The notes under the pieces were generated by a model. The model was given only the letters and a program-made list of their open reading frames with translations, did not search any database and was not told where the DNA came from. A stretch of DNA of 64,000 bases. Source: Mobula hypostoma. Its lineage: Eukaryota. Of the stretch, positions 1-12,692 are shown piece by piece. Both the position numbers and the translations under genes were made by a program. The stretch covers positions 114,330,001 to 114,394,000 of the forward strand of contig NC_086097.1 of the NCBI RefSeq assembly GCF_963921235.1. Reading direction: 5' to 3'. Position 1 is the first letter of the stretch. Each line of letters begins with the position of its first letter.

Positions 1-2076
1 AATCTCAATCTTCAAATGTCCCTCCCTAAGCAAGCCTATAACTGGCACTTTAATCCCTTTTTGCTCAAGGATCAGACATTTATAGAACACATTGCGACGC
101 ACATCTCGCAGTTCCTTGAGACCAACAACAACGGCGAGGTGAATGACTCAACACTGTGGGAAACACTTAAAGTGTATATCAGAGGACAAATTATTTCTTA
201 TGAAGCAACACTGAAAAGGGCTAAGCGAGGTCAATTGGAAGTGATTAAGAATTACTAGCGGCTGAACAGGCTTACAAAAACTCTTTGCTCCAATCAGATT
301 ATAATAATCTCAAATTAAAATACGAATACAACTCCATTCTAGGGGAACAAATTGGCAACATACTACTTAAACTTAAACAGCGACACTTTGGTGTCACGTT
401 GGTGACAAACCACAGAAGTTATTGGCAAGGCAGTTAAAAGGAGAACAAGCAAAACGAGCCATTTACAAAATAAAATCCAAATCTGGCCTGATGCTTATGG
501 ACTTAAAGGATATTAACAAACGATTTAGTGAGTTCTATTCAGAAATTTACACCTCCAAATCAACAGCTACACAGGAAGATTTTGATAAATTTTTTGATCT
601 GCTTCACTTCCCACAATTAGATGCAGCTTTCAGGGAAGATTTGGATTTTTCGCTATCTGAGTTACAGGATGACGTTGAAGCATTTCCCACTGGTAAGGCA
701 GCTGGACCACACGGGTTCAGGTCAGAGTTCTACAAAGCCTTCTGAGATGTCCATACACCAACTGCCGAGAATGGTTCGGGATACCTTTTAAAAACAAGAG
801 GCTCCCACCCTCTCTCAGTGAAGCAAATAACTTTTTATTTTTATTTTTAAAAAAAAGGTAAAGACGAAACGGACCCTGGAAGCTCTTGGCCCATTGCACT
901 ACTAAATTATGATCTGAAAACAATTACAAAAATGTTAGCAAATCGGCTCGGTAAGCATATAGTAAATATCATTCGCCTGGACCAAATGGGATTTATCCCG
1001 GAAGGTACTCCTGTAATGTCCGCAAAATTCTCAATATTTTGTATGCCGATTATGGGAAAGATGATAGAGCTGTTATACTGTCTCTAGATGCCCACAAGGC
1101 ATTTGATATGATAGAGTGGCCCTATCTAATTGCAACACTCAGGAAGTTTGGATTTGGCGACACTTTTATAGAATAGGTCAAAATATTATATACTAATCCA
1201 AAATCTTTCATTATCACAAATGGGGATAAACCCAATCCGTTCTCTCTGCAATGTGGTGTTTGCCAAGGGGACCCATTGTCCCCCCTGCTGTTTAACATAG
1301 CACTGGAGCCCCTGGCAATTGGCATTAGGGGCCACACACACATTAAGGGCATTAAGTTGGGCAATATTGAGACCCGTGTGACTTTGTACGCAGACGACCT
1401 CCTTGTCTGTCTAGCCGACCCATCCTACTAGAATATATAAATTACTTCGGGAGTATTTCTGGCTATACCATAAATTGGGGAAAGAGCGAATTCATGTCCT
1501 TAGTGGATCAATTTACTGAAAACTTCCTGAAAAAGTTGCCTTTTAGAGTAGAGAAGGACTGTTTCACCTACTTGGTGATTAAACTGGTTAAGAACCCAAA
1601 GCATCTTTTCAAACTTAATTTTATAGAATCTTTAGAAAAACTCAGAACAAATATCGAGTCCTGGAGGATACTGCTCTTATCCATGATTGGATGGGTAAAT
1701 GCGATTAAAATGGTGAGCCTACCCAGGTTTCTATATCTTTTTCAAAACCTGCCTATATATTTAAATGCATCCTTTTTCAAGAAACTTGACTCTATTATAT
1801 TGCCCTTTGTGTGGGGCTACAAATCACACAGGATATCTAAGGCTCTCCTACACAAACCTCTTAAGAAGGGTGGTCTTGGTCTGCCAAATTTCAGACATTA
1901 CTACTGGGCAGCTAACTCCAGGGCTCTTACATACTGGAAATGTGGAGGTGATGAGACCCAAGTTGTTAAATATTCTTCACTTCCCGCTCTCCTGCTTTCC
2001 ACTTATGCATCAACAGACAAGCTAATCCAACAAAACTTTTTTTTACGAATATTCTTTACGAATATTAAACCAGATA

Positions 2077-2394
2077 TACTTTATATACTTTATTGTCGCC
2101 AAACAATTGGTACTAGAACGTAAATCATCACAGTGATATTTGATTCTGCACTTCACACTCCCTGGATTACAAATATTAAATACTAAAAATAGTTAAATTA
2201 GTAAATATTAAAAATTTAATTTATAAATCATAAATAGAAAATAGAAAAATGGGAAGTAAGGTAGTGTTTTTTAAAAAAAAAAACGAGAGGCAGGTCCGGA
2301 TATTTGGAGGGTACGGCCCAGATCCGGGTCAGGATCCGTTCAGCAGTCTTATTACAGTTGGAAAGAAGCTGTTCCCAAATCTGGCCATACGAGT
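2077..2394 (-). mobile_element. Rex1/Babar-like LINE 3' fragment inserted in L1
   Basis: Reverse complement of the 3' end of the 2600-3675 element. Flanked by the 5-bp direct repeat AGATA (2072-2076 / 2395-2399). The L1 reading (QIKVAHQIP) resumes after it. Confidence 0.8.
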
Positions 2395-2599
2395 AGATAA
2401 AAGTGGCTCACCAAATTCCCAGTGTTTCCATACACGCTCCCATTTGTCAAAATCATTCATTCAAGCCTGGACAATTAGGCGGGGTGTTTGCAGTCTGGAG
2501 AGAGAGGGGTATCAAAACTTTCTTAGATCTGTACATGGGCCAATTTACATCATTCACACAATTAAGCACTAAGTTTAACCTTCCAAATTCACATTTTTT

Positions 2600-3675
2600 C
2601 CCCCGCTATTTTCAACTTCCTCACAGACAGAACCCAGGCAGTAAAAATAAGAGACAAGCTCTCCTCTACAATCACTCTGAGCACCGGTGCCCCACAAGGC
2701 TGTGTACTCAGCCCCCTGCTGTACTCACTGTACACCCATGATTGTGTAGCCAAGTTTCCATCAAACTCAATATGTAAGTTTGCTGATGACACAACAATTG
2801 TAGGCCGTATCTCGGGTAATGATGAGTTTGAGTACAGAGAAGAAATTAAGAATCTGGTGGCATAGTGCGAACACAACAACCTATCCCTCAATGTCAGCAA
2901 GACGACGGAATTGGTTGTTGACTTCAGAAGGAGTAGCGGGCCACACGACCCAATTTACATCAGTGGTGCGCAAGTGGAACAGGTCAAAGGCTTTAAGTTC
3001 CCCAGGGTCGATATCACAAATGACCTGACTTGGTCCAACCAAGCAGAGTCCACTGCCAAGAAGGCCCACCAGCGCCTTTACTTCCTGAGAAAACTAAAGA
3101 AATTTGGCATGTCCCCTAAAACCCTCACTAATTTTTCTAGATGCACCGTAGAAAGTATTCTTCTAGGGTGCATCACAACCTGGTATGGAAGTTGTCCTGT
3201 CCAAGACCGAAAGAAGCTGCAGAAGATTGTGAACACGGCGCAGCACATCACACAAACCAATCTTCCGTCCTTGGACTCTCTTTACACCACACGCTGTCGG
3301 AGCAGTGCCGCAGGATAATCTAGGACACGACCCACCCAGCCAACACACTTTTTGTCCCTCTTCCCTCCGGGAGAAGGCTCAGGAGCATGAAGACTCGTGC
3401 AGCCAGATTTGGGAACAGCTTCTTTCCAACTGTGATAAGACTGCTGAACGGATCCTGACCCGGATCTGGGCCGTACCCTCTAAGTATCTGGACCTGTATC
3501 TTAGTTTTTTTTGCATTACCTTACTTCCCATTTTTCTATTTTTGATTAATGACTTATAATTTAAATTTTTAATATTTGCTATTGATTTGTAATCCAGGGA
3601 GCAAGAAGCGCAGAATCAAATATCGCTATGATTGTACGTTCTAGTATCAATTGTTTGGTGACAATAAAGTATAAA
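2600..3675 (+). mobile_element. 5'-truncated Rex1/Babar-like LINE (RT C-terminus and 3'UTR)
   Basis: [23 protein letters not shown] and KKAHQRLYFLRKLKKF motifs. Tail GACAATAAAGTATAAA. L1 resumes at YLQVRHY. Confidence 0.88.
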
Positions 3676-4626
3676 ATATCTCCAAGTCAGACACTACGTT
3701 AAGGAAAAGTGCCCACACTTCGAGCCTACTTCCACCACCCATCCCTTTCTTGAAAACCTCTTGCTCCCTCCAGACTCCAAACAGTTAATATCAAAATTTG
3801 TGAATTGCTTTACTCCTTTGGTTTCTACAGATCTTATTAGGGAAACCTGGGCCAGGGACTTGAACTCAGAGATATCAGCGGAACTTTGGTAGGAGGCAAT
3901 GTCCCGAGTTCACTGTTGTTCTATTAATTCACCCTACAGGTTAATCCAGTACAAGACGATGCATAGATTGCATTATTCAAAAACAAAACTGAATCGCATC
4001 TTCCCATCTGTGTCTCCTGAATGTGATAACTGCCGCTCTGCTGAGGGCTCACTAGCACATCTTTTCTGGTTTTGCCCTACATTATACAACTTTTGGACTG
4101 CAATTTTTGAGTGACTCTCAAAAGTCTTTTCTAGAGACATTCAGCCCAATCATGACCTCGGCATCTTTGGATGCTCTGCAGAGACTTGAGTTGCCGTACG
4201 ACATGCAGATTGCTCTGCGTCTAGGAATGGTGGTGGCTAAGACCTGGAAGTCTACTACTTCATCCACCTTCGCACACTGGCTCAAGGAGATGTTGTCTAT
4301 TATACAAATGGAAAGATTGTGTCTGCACAAACCCAACACTACATCCCCTTGACCTGTCTAGTCTCATGAGTGAATGTGGTGCCTAACTGAATTTCTTTAT
4401 TCATTTTACTTTACATTGCTTCCATGATGTCACTATTGTGTCAACTCTTTATCTGAAAGTTTATTTAGGTAATCTTGTAAATTGTCTGGCAGCCTTTTTT
4501 TGTTCTTGATTTGTTTTGTCTGTGCTCCACCTGGAACTGTATTTCATTCGAAACAATACAAAGGTCTTCAATTTATTTTGTCTTTGTGAAACTGAAAATT
4601 GTAAATAAAGTATTTTTTAAAAAAAA

Positions 4627-5886
4627 CTGAATCTCAGTGGTTGGAAAGATGCTGGAGTCTATTGAGGATGAATTTTTGAGGTACAGTCAGCATGGTTTTC
4701 TAAAGGGGAAAATCTGACCTGACAAATATGGTGGCATTCTTTGAGGAAACAGGCAGAACAGACAAAGGAAAGTTAGTGGATGATGTTTATTTGGATTTTC
4801 AGAAGGCCTTTGACAGGATGTTGCACATGAGGCTGCTTAACAAGATGAAGAAAGATAGTAGCATGGTTATCAAGTTGGCTGACTGGCAGGGGGTAGTGGG
4901 AATAAATGGAGCCCACGCTGACTGCTGGTGACTAGTGGTGTGCCACAGGGGTTGGTGTTAGTACTGCTTCTTGTCGTATGTCAGTGATTTTGATGAAGGA
5001 ATTGATGGCTTTGTGATCAAGTTTGTCGATAGCTGGGGAGGGGCAGGTAGTGTCTGCAGAAGGACGGGCAGATTAGGGGACTGGGCAAAGTGGCAGATAG
5101 AATAAAATGTGGGAAAGTGCATGGTTATGCACTTTGGCACAAGGATTAAAGGTATGGTCTACCTTCTAAAAGAGGATAAAATTCACAAATCAGAGGTGCA
5201 GAGGAATTTGGGAGTTGTTGTGCAGAATTCCTTGAAGGTTAACTTGCAGATTGAGTCAATGGTAAGGAAGGCAAATGCAATGTTAGCTTTAATTTTGCAA
5301 GGACTAGAATACAAAACCAAGAATGTGATGCTGAGTCTTTATAAGACATTGGACAGACCACATTTGGTGTGTTATGAGCCCCTTGTCTAAGAAAAGATGT
5401 GCTGATACTGGAGAGGGTCCAGAGGAGGCTCACAAGAATGATCCCAGAAGGTGAAAAATTTAACATCTGATGAGTATTTGATAGCAATGGGCTTGTACTT
5501 GATGGAGTTTAGAAGAATGAGAGAGAATCTCATTGCAATCTATCAAATATGTTTAAAGATCTGGATAAAGTGCATGTGGAGAAGATGTTTTCTATAGTGC
5601 GGGGGGGGGGGGGAGCCTAGGATCTGAGGGGCATCCATTTGGAGCAGAGATGAGGAAAATTTTCTTGAGCCAGTGGGGGTCTGAATCTGGACTTCATTAC
5701 CACAGACGGCTGTGTAGGCCAAGTAATTGGATGTATTTAAGGTGGAGGTTGGTGGGTTACTGATTAGTGAGGGTGTCAAAGGTTATGGGGAGAAGGCAGG
5801 AGAATGGAGTTGAGAGGGATAATAAATCAGTCAGGAGCCGACTCAGTGGGCTGCTTGGCCTAATTCTGCTTCTATCTTGTGGTCTT
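4627..5886 (+). mobile_element. CR1 LINE fragment (RT and 3' end), degenerate
   Basis: YLDFQKAFD, GVPQG and KCMVMHFG motifs. CR1 3' end CCTAATTCTGCTTCT...GGTCTT. Confidence 0.85.
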
Positions 5887-5894
5887 TTTCAGAA

Positions 5895-6845
5895 TTCCAG
5901 GGTATAGTCCGCTTAGTTCAGGTGACTTGTCTATTTTCAGACCTTTGAGCTTCTCAAGCACTTTCACTCACTCTTGAGTTTCTGGCCTACTACTAGTGTC
6001 TTCCGTAGTGAAGGCTGGCACAAAATAATTATTTAAGTTTTGTCTTCCATTTCCTTGTTTCCCATTACTACCTCTCCAGCATCATTTTCCAGTGGTCCAA
6101 TGTGCACCTTGCCTCTTGTTCTTTATATATCTGAAAAAAATTGCTATCCTCTTTGATATTTTTGCTAGCTTACCTTCATATTTCATCTTGTGCTTCCTTA
6201 TGGTTTTTTAGTTGCCTTCTGTTGGTTTTTAAGTTTCCCGATTCTAATTTCCGATTAATCTTTGCTATATTATATGCCCTCTTTTGCTTTTATGCTATCT
6301 TTGACTTGTCACCTCATCCTACCTTTTTAGAATACTACTTCATCTTTGAGATGTATCTATCCTGTGCCTTCCGAATTACCCCTAGAAACTCCTCCATTGC
6401 TGTACTGCCATCATCCCTGCTGGTGTTCCCTTTGGCCAGCTCACATTTTCATACATCTCATTCCCTTTACTCCACTGCAATACAGATACATCTGACTTTA
6501 TTTTCTCTCTCTCAAAACTGCAGGATGAATTCTGTCATATTTTGAACCCATGGGAGACAGTAATCCTTTACCTTGAACTCCCTAATCAAATCTGGTTTAT
6601 TATGCAACGCCCAATCCTGAATTGCCTTTTCACTAGTTGGCTCAACTACAAGCTTCTCCTTTTAAAAAGCCAACTCATAAGCATTCTATCAAAGGATTCA
6701 GCACCAACCTGATTTCTTCACCCCCCCCCCCCAACCAACCTACCTGCATATTTGAAATCCCTCATGACTATCATATCATTGCCATTATTGTACAGTTTTT
6801 CTATTCCCCATTGAAATTTGTATCTCTCATTCTGGCTACTGTAGT
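5895..6845 (-). mobile_element. Degenerate CR1 ORF2 fragment
   Basis: Resembles the reverse complement of the CR1 linker region (AAGTCACCTG...GAC motif) seen in other copies. Heavily decayed. Confidence 0.55.
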
Positions 6846-8284
6846 ATTTCTTGCATTCTCTCTCCTCTGCCTTGTTTAAAAATTTCTCTTTTCCATGATC
6901 AAATAAATTGCCTTTTTGAACATTAACCCAAACGGCAGAGGGATAGAGTTAAAACAGAAGTACCAAAGATGATCAGCCCTGTTGAATGATAAAGCTGTCC
7001 TGAAGGGCTGTTTGGCCTGTTACTGCTTTCTATTTGTTGATTTTAATTTTTTTTTTAAATTGCCTCCTCTGGTTTTATGCAAGGTGGCATGCAAAGCTAA
7101 ACTGGCAGCTCTGTTGCTTTCCCATGTACTGTCTGATTTTCATTTTTTGATGCAACTCTGAAGCTTAGAAGTTCTATAACCACCTAGTAACTAATTCTGA
7201 GAATGTATTCACTTAGCCCCACTGCATTCTAGCTGTACGGGGTCCATGTTAAATGGGACCTTTTTGTCTTTTTTTTATATCAGAAATAAAAGTATATCAT
7301 TTCCTGAAATTATTTTGGCTTGCTGGTTTGATTTAAATGAGGCTCAGCACCAGGTTTTGATCTGGCCAGTGTAGAGGATGTGCCACCTATCCAGTCATGA
7401 GTTGGTCCTAGTCATAAAGATGCAAAATAAAAAGAATGTTGGTAACACCTGGAGCAGGTGACACATCTATATTTTAAAAAGAAACTGATTTAACATTTCA
7501 GGAAAGGGGCCCTTTATCAGAACTAAAAAGGAAAAACTGCATTTTTCAGTAGTAAATAATTTGAGGGAGGAATGTGCAGATCGAAGGGATTATCACTGAC
7601 TGGTTGAGACCTAGTGAAGATATTGGGATTATTGTTGGGAGTAGGCAGTTTAAATGGTTCTGCATGGAGTAGATGGGTTGAAGGGCCTGTTTCCATGCTG
7701 TGCTTCTCTATGGCTCTATTATGTTTTCTGTATTATGCCTTGCCAAGAACAAGGCTGTGGGACGTGCCCAGCCTCAGAACTTCCTTTTGGTCTACCCATC
7801 CATTCTTCCTGTTCTCCTCACCCCCCCACCCCACATTGAAAACTAATTTATTCCTTGAGCTCGAAACAATGAATGCTTCTTTAGACAGATGCCACCGGAT
7901 CTGTTAAGTATTCCTTGCTTTGTTTTTCCAGTATCTGCAGTTTTCTTTGCCAAGGAATGGGACCTAATCTTTCTCAAGCAGATACAAGTAGTGCAGGTGC
8001 CATTGTAGCAGGTTTAAATGGGAGTCATGGGGCAGTTTTCTCTACTCTCTCCCAACCTTCAATTGGATGTCATTGGGGTGGGGGGGGCGTGGAATGGAAT
8101 GTTTTTGGTCCATCATTAGTCTGTTTTGAGCGATTGCTAGTTTTTATTTTGATGTCAGAACAATAATTTGCTAAATTTTTTTTAAAAAGGTCTTTGGGAA
8201 ATCTTGAAGGGGATGTAAAAGAGGATCTACAAATACAGATCACTCTGCTAAACATCCAATTCAAATCCATTTCATGTCTTGCAG

Positions 8285-8413
8285 CATCCAGGTGGCGAAG
8301 AAGTGCTGAAAGAACAAGCAGGAGGTGATGCTACAGAAGCCTTTGAAGATGTTGGACATTCTACTGATGCACATGAAATGACCAAGCATTACCTCATTGG
8401 AGAGCTTCACCCT
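8285..8413 (+). CDS. CYB5A: Cytochrome b5 type A, internal exon (heme-binding domain; equivalent to human exon 2)
   Basis: 129 nt, acceptor TTGCAG| and donor |GTGAGT. Encodes [43 protein letters not shown], with both axial His ligands (HPGG, VGHS). Confidence 0.97.
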
Positions 8414-9481
8414 GTGAGTTCTTTAACAATATCTGAAACAAAAGTGTTGATCATTGCATGTTTAAATATTGTTCAATTTGTGTAGGATATCAAGTTGAAA
8501 ATATCCAATGCTGTAGTGAAAAAAAATTAAAAGGATATTCTGAGCTGGTCAAAGTTTAAGGGGAGAATGTGAGGATTAAGAATGGTCCCAAAATAAATCT
8601 TGGCTAATCGAATGAAGTGACAGCAGTGATGAAGCAAAATGGGGTGATGTGCTATATGGAAGGCAAATGTTTTTGAAAGCTGTATTAGTGACCAGAAGGA
8701 CACGGAAATAAAGTGATTCTTGAATGCAAAAATAATGAATTTAATTTTGAGGAATTGAAGCTAGGAGCTTGTGGTCCACTAGTGGCAGATTTTGAAGTTA
8801 AGTGCGAGTTGCTTATATAGGGTTTGGATGAGCTGGTCTACACAAGATGAAGAACAAGAATATAGTAAGGAGAACTTGAGAATCTAGAGTTAAGAGCAAT
8901 ACCAGTGAGGTTCAGCTGAGTTCTATCTCTCTAGAGCAGAAGCTGTGGGTGGAGGGGAATTCCTTTGGCCAAGGTTATCAAATGCAGGTGAGATTTCAGA
9001 CTTGTTACTCTTAGGACACCCATTGTACTTGATAGGCAAACTGCCTTTACACTTATTGCTTAATGTTTTCATGTGCTTCTTTAAGAAAAAATTAAATCTA
9101 AATATTGAAGTTAACAACCTGCTCCAGGACCTCTGGGAACTGTCTTGACTATATTAAGTTTTTGTTGTTGTTTTTGTTAATTTTGCCAAATGGTATTTAC
9201 AAGGATATAGCTCATGATGTGAATACAATGTATTGCTTTTCTGAAACACTGGAAATTTGGCCTCCAACATCTCCAGAGCAACATCCCACAAAAATGGTCC
9301 AAAAGTTTGGTTATTTAGTGATTTTTGTATCTGAAGGAGGGGAGAGGTACCAGAGTTGGTCACAAAAAGGAGAATTTTGTATCCATCAAATTAGCATCTG
9401 AAGCAAAAAAGAGCAAATGTGCCATGCCCTTGTGCTGGCTTGCAGTGTGGTTACCTGCCTTCTAGAAGTATTTTCTGCTAT

Positions 9482-12400
9482 CACATAATACTTTATTGAT
9501 CCCAAAGGAAAAGGAAATTGGTGTCATAGTAGCGTTACAAATGCACAGATATACAAATTATTAGAAGTAAGAAAGAATTTTTTAAAAAAGTTACCTCAAA
9601 TAGTCTAACAGCAGGGGGGGGACGGGTCATCACTTCCCCAGCTATAGGTTGACTCATTATAGAGCCTAATGGCTGAGGGTAAGAATGACCTCACACAACA
9701 CTGTTTGGAACAGCATAGTTGTCTTGGTCTATTACTAAAAGTGCTCCTCTGAACAACCAAGGTGTTATGCAGGGGGTCAGAAATATTGTCCAGAATTGCC
9801 AGGATTTTCCACAGCATACTGTGTTTTCATTTTGACTCCTATAACAGAGACGGTCTTTCTAATCAGTTTATTGAGCATGTTGGCAACACCCGTGTTGATG
9901 CCATTGTCGCAACGCATCACTGCATAGAAGATTGTACTGGTGTTAACAGACTAGTAAAACGTGTGAAGGAGAGGACTGTATACTCCAAAGGACCTCAGTA
10001 TCCCCAGAAGTAGAGATGACTCTGGCCCTTCTTGTACACAACCTCTGTATTGGTGCTCTACTCAAGTCTCTCATCTAAGTGCACCCCCAGGTACTTGTAG
10101 GTCCTTACCACATCAATGTCCTCACCATCAATAGTAACAGGGAGCAGTACAGGCTTAGTCTTAAAGTCCATCATCATCTCCTTTATCAAATGGTGCAAGC
10201 TGAGCCATCTGCAGCTCAACATTAGTAAGTCAAAATTCTCCCAGCAGGGTCCTTTATACACCCTTTATCCTCCTTTATACACCCTGTTACGTACCCCGTA
10301 ACTGGGTTGCCAAACCAGCAGAAATGGATCACTCAGTTGGAGTCTGGATTACTAGAACTAAAAGTTTTATTAAAGAAACAAGCAACACAGTAATCGAAAG
10401 GATAATAAATGCAACAGTTCAGCAATGATAAACACATGTGCACAGAATTAAGATAACAGCATCAATCAAGCTCTATCGTTGTCTAAGGGTAAATGACCAA
10501 ATTTCAAAGTGACTCAAAGTTCAGTCCAGTTTAGTATTTCAGTTCGCAGTAATCGTTGCCATGGTGATGGACAGCGTGGGGGGAGGGAGAGAGAGAGAAC
10601 GGGAACGACTGATCATTCAGAAAAGGCTTCCACTCACAGACTGGTGATATTGCTCACGAGCAGCTTTCGGGCGGGTCCTTTGTGTTGTCACCTGAGGTCA
10701 CCGACTGTGACCCCTCCTCCAGATGTGGTCGATCCTCTGCAGTGAACCCGGCACCCAAGCGAGGGTGGACACACACCGGGTTCCCGCTGATCATACCTTT
10801 CCACCCTGTGCGTTTAAGGTCCGGTACTTCCCACCGACTCGTGAGAGGCGCACCGCTTCCAGGGTCTCGTTACCTCGGGTGTCGTGTGTCCTGCCTTAGC
10901 GAACCTGTCCCTTTTTATCCCCCTGCTGGGGTATCGCCTGTCCATCACCTCACACAGTTCAGGGTTCAAAGGGGGAGCAGCTCCAGACAGCTCTCTCTTC
11001 CGTCCCTTCATTACACATCTCCGGATCGCCTGTCCATCACTTCAAACAATTCAGCGTTCAAAGGGGGAGCCGCTCCAGACAGCTCTCTCTCCCGTCCCTT
11101 CATTACACATCTCCAGATGCTGCTTCATTGTTCCTTATCTCTCCTTCCCCTGAGGACAGGTGGCAGACCAACTGCTGATGCCACTGATGCTAACCCAGGC
11201 CAGCAAACATCTTAATTTTATGTGTATTCTCGTCACAACCCTTTATCCTCCTTTATACACCCAACTATTGCTGAATCATCAGAGAATTTCTGCAGATGAC
11301 ATGAGTCAGTGTTGTATCTAAAGTCAGAGCTATACAGAATAGACAGGAAGGGAGCCAATGCAGTCTCATGTGGGGTCCCATTGCTGCTTATAGCCAGCTC
11401 TGAAGCTGCACAAACTATGGTCAGCCAGTTGGGTAGTCCGTTATCCAGGATACAGTGGATGTGCCAACCTGCATTAAATGGAGCTTTTCCCCCAGCACTG
11501 GGGGCTATATGGTATTGAAGGCACTTGAGAAATCAAAAAACATGACCCTCACAGTGCTGTCCTGCTTATCCATATGGGAGTAGGCTCTACTCAGCAGGTA
11601 AAGGCAGCATCGTCTACTCCAATGTGCTCCTGGCAGGCAAACTGCAGGGGATCAAGGACTGATCTGACCAGGGGTCAGAGATGAGCGAGGACCAACCTCT
11701 TTAGAGCCATCGTGATGTGTGAGCAGGTGGATGTCAGCATCATACCACTGGACAGTAGTCATTCAGACTTTAGTTGGTCCTCCGTGGGTACTGGGACCAC
11801 ACATGATGTTTTTCACATGGGTCGGTACCCTTGCCAGGCTGAGACTCAGATTGAAAATGTGTTGGAGGACTCCACAGCTGCTCAGCACACTCCTTCAGGA
11901 CCTTGAGGTTCACACCATCCAGTCCCAATGCCTTTGGTGAGAAGGGCTCTGGGGGCTCTGGGGAAACTCAGACACGGCACTCAGTAGCGAGTGTGAGTCT
12001 GTGATGACTGGAGAATTGGTGGAAGATGGAGTCTGGAGGTGAAGATCGGGACAATAGCAGTCGGTGTGCGGCTGGTTGGTGCAGGACCAGGAGGAGATGT
12101 AGACATTGGTGGTCTGTGTTGTTCATCCACGCATTGAACTGCAGGGGAGGAGGGAGGCATTGGTGCTGAGGGAGCATTGGGTGCCTCGACACCTGGACTG
12201 GTGTGCTGAGGGGGTGTTAACAGGACAATTGTCAAACCTATTGAAAAATTGGTTTAACCCTTTAGCCCATTCACGGCTACATTCTGAGGCTCTACGGCTA
12301 GGATGGTTGAAGCCAGTGAGGTTCTCCATGCCTCTCATCACCTCCCGTGTGATACTCTGTCCAAGCTTGTTCTCCAGCTCTCTCCTATATTCCTCTTTAG

Positions 12401-12640
12401 CCACCTTGATCTTCTCCTTGGCTCCCTCTGCATGTTTCAGTCCTCATGGTCTCCTGATCTAAAGGCTTTCTGTGGCTGAGAAGAGCTTTTAGACCACTGG
12501 TGACCCCTGGTTTGTTGTTGGGGAAGCAGCGAACAGTCCTTGATGGTATTGGTGTCAGACAAGTTGGTGTAGCCATTGATGCAATCAGTAAGTCTGTTAA
12601 TGTCCTCCCTATATGGTTCACAAAGCAAATTATGTTGGTG
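9482..12640 (-). mobile_element. Rex1/Babar-like LINE, degenerate, in CYB5A intron; interrupted by a solo LTR
   Basis: Minus-strand fragments VRCFPNNKP, KEEYRRELENKL, DFSSAFN-like, FSDDSAIVGC, YKYLGVHLD and RSFLPSAIRLYN. Tail ATCAATAAAGTATT. Confidence 0.85.
10285..11237 (-). mobile_element. Solo LTR of the Gmr1-like gypsy family
   Basis: TGT...ACA termini with ACCC on both sides (10281-10284 / 11238-11241). The first ~680 bp are clearly homologous to the LTRs at 24378 and 29923. Confidence 0.92.
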
Positions 12641-12692
12641 ATTATTTTTTTTTTGCCCCAAATAACAATCTACAAAGAGACTTGGAAGCTGG

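Larger units (their letters stand above)
1..4626 (+). mobile_element. L1/Tx1-clade LINE, ORF2 (post-endonuclease, RT, C-terminal zinc knuckle) and 3' end, disrupted; interrupted by two Rex1-like insertions
   Basis: ORF fragments 16-258 (WHFNPFLL...LWETLKVYIRGQIISY), 422-745 (GKAAGPHG) and 1494-2123 (VNAIKMVSLPRFLYLFQNLP...GGLGLPNF). RT motifs QGDPLSP and LYADD at ~1264-1400. Zinc knuckle CDNC...HLFWFC at 3899-4114. AATAAA plus A-rich tail at ~4604-4626. Confidence 0.9.

Noticed and set aside
8279..8485. Cytochrome b5 ORF as a stand-alone gene or processed pseudogene; also CYB5B identity
   Set aside because: It is a spliced exon with canonical boundaries. The downstream 30/35/82-nt exons, DDR start and non-basic C-terminus fit CYB5A.
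10682..11215. 177-aa ORF in the solo LTR
   Set aside because: Lies entirely inside LTR sequence and owes part of its length to the tandem duplication.
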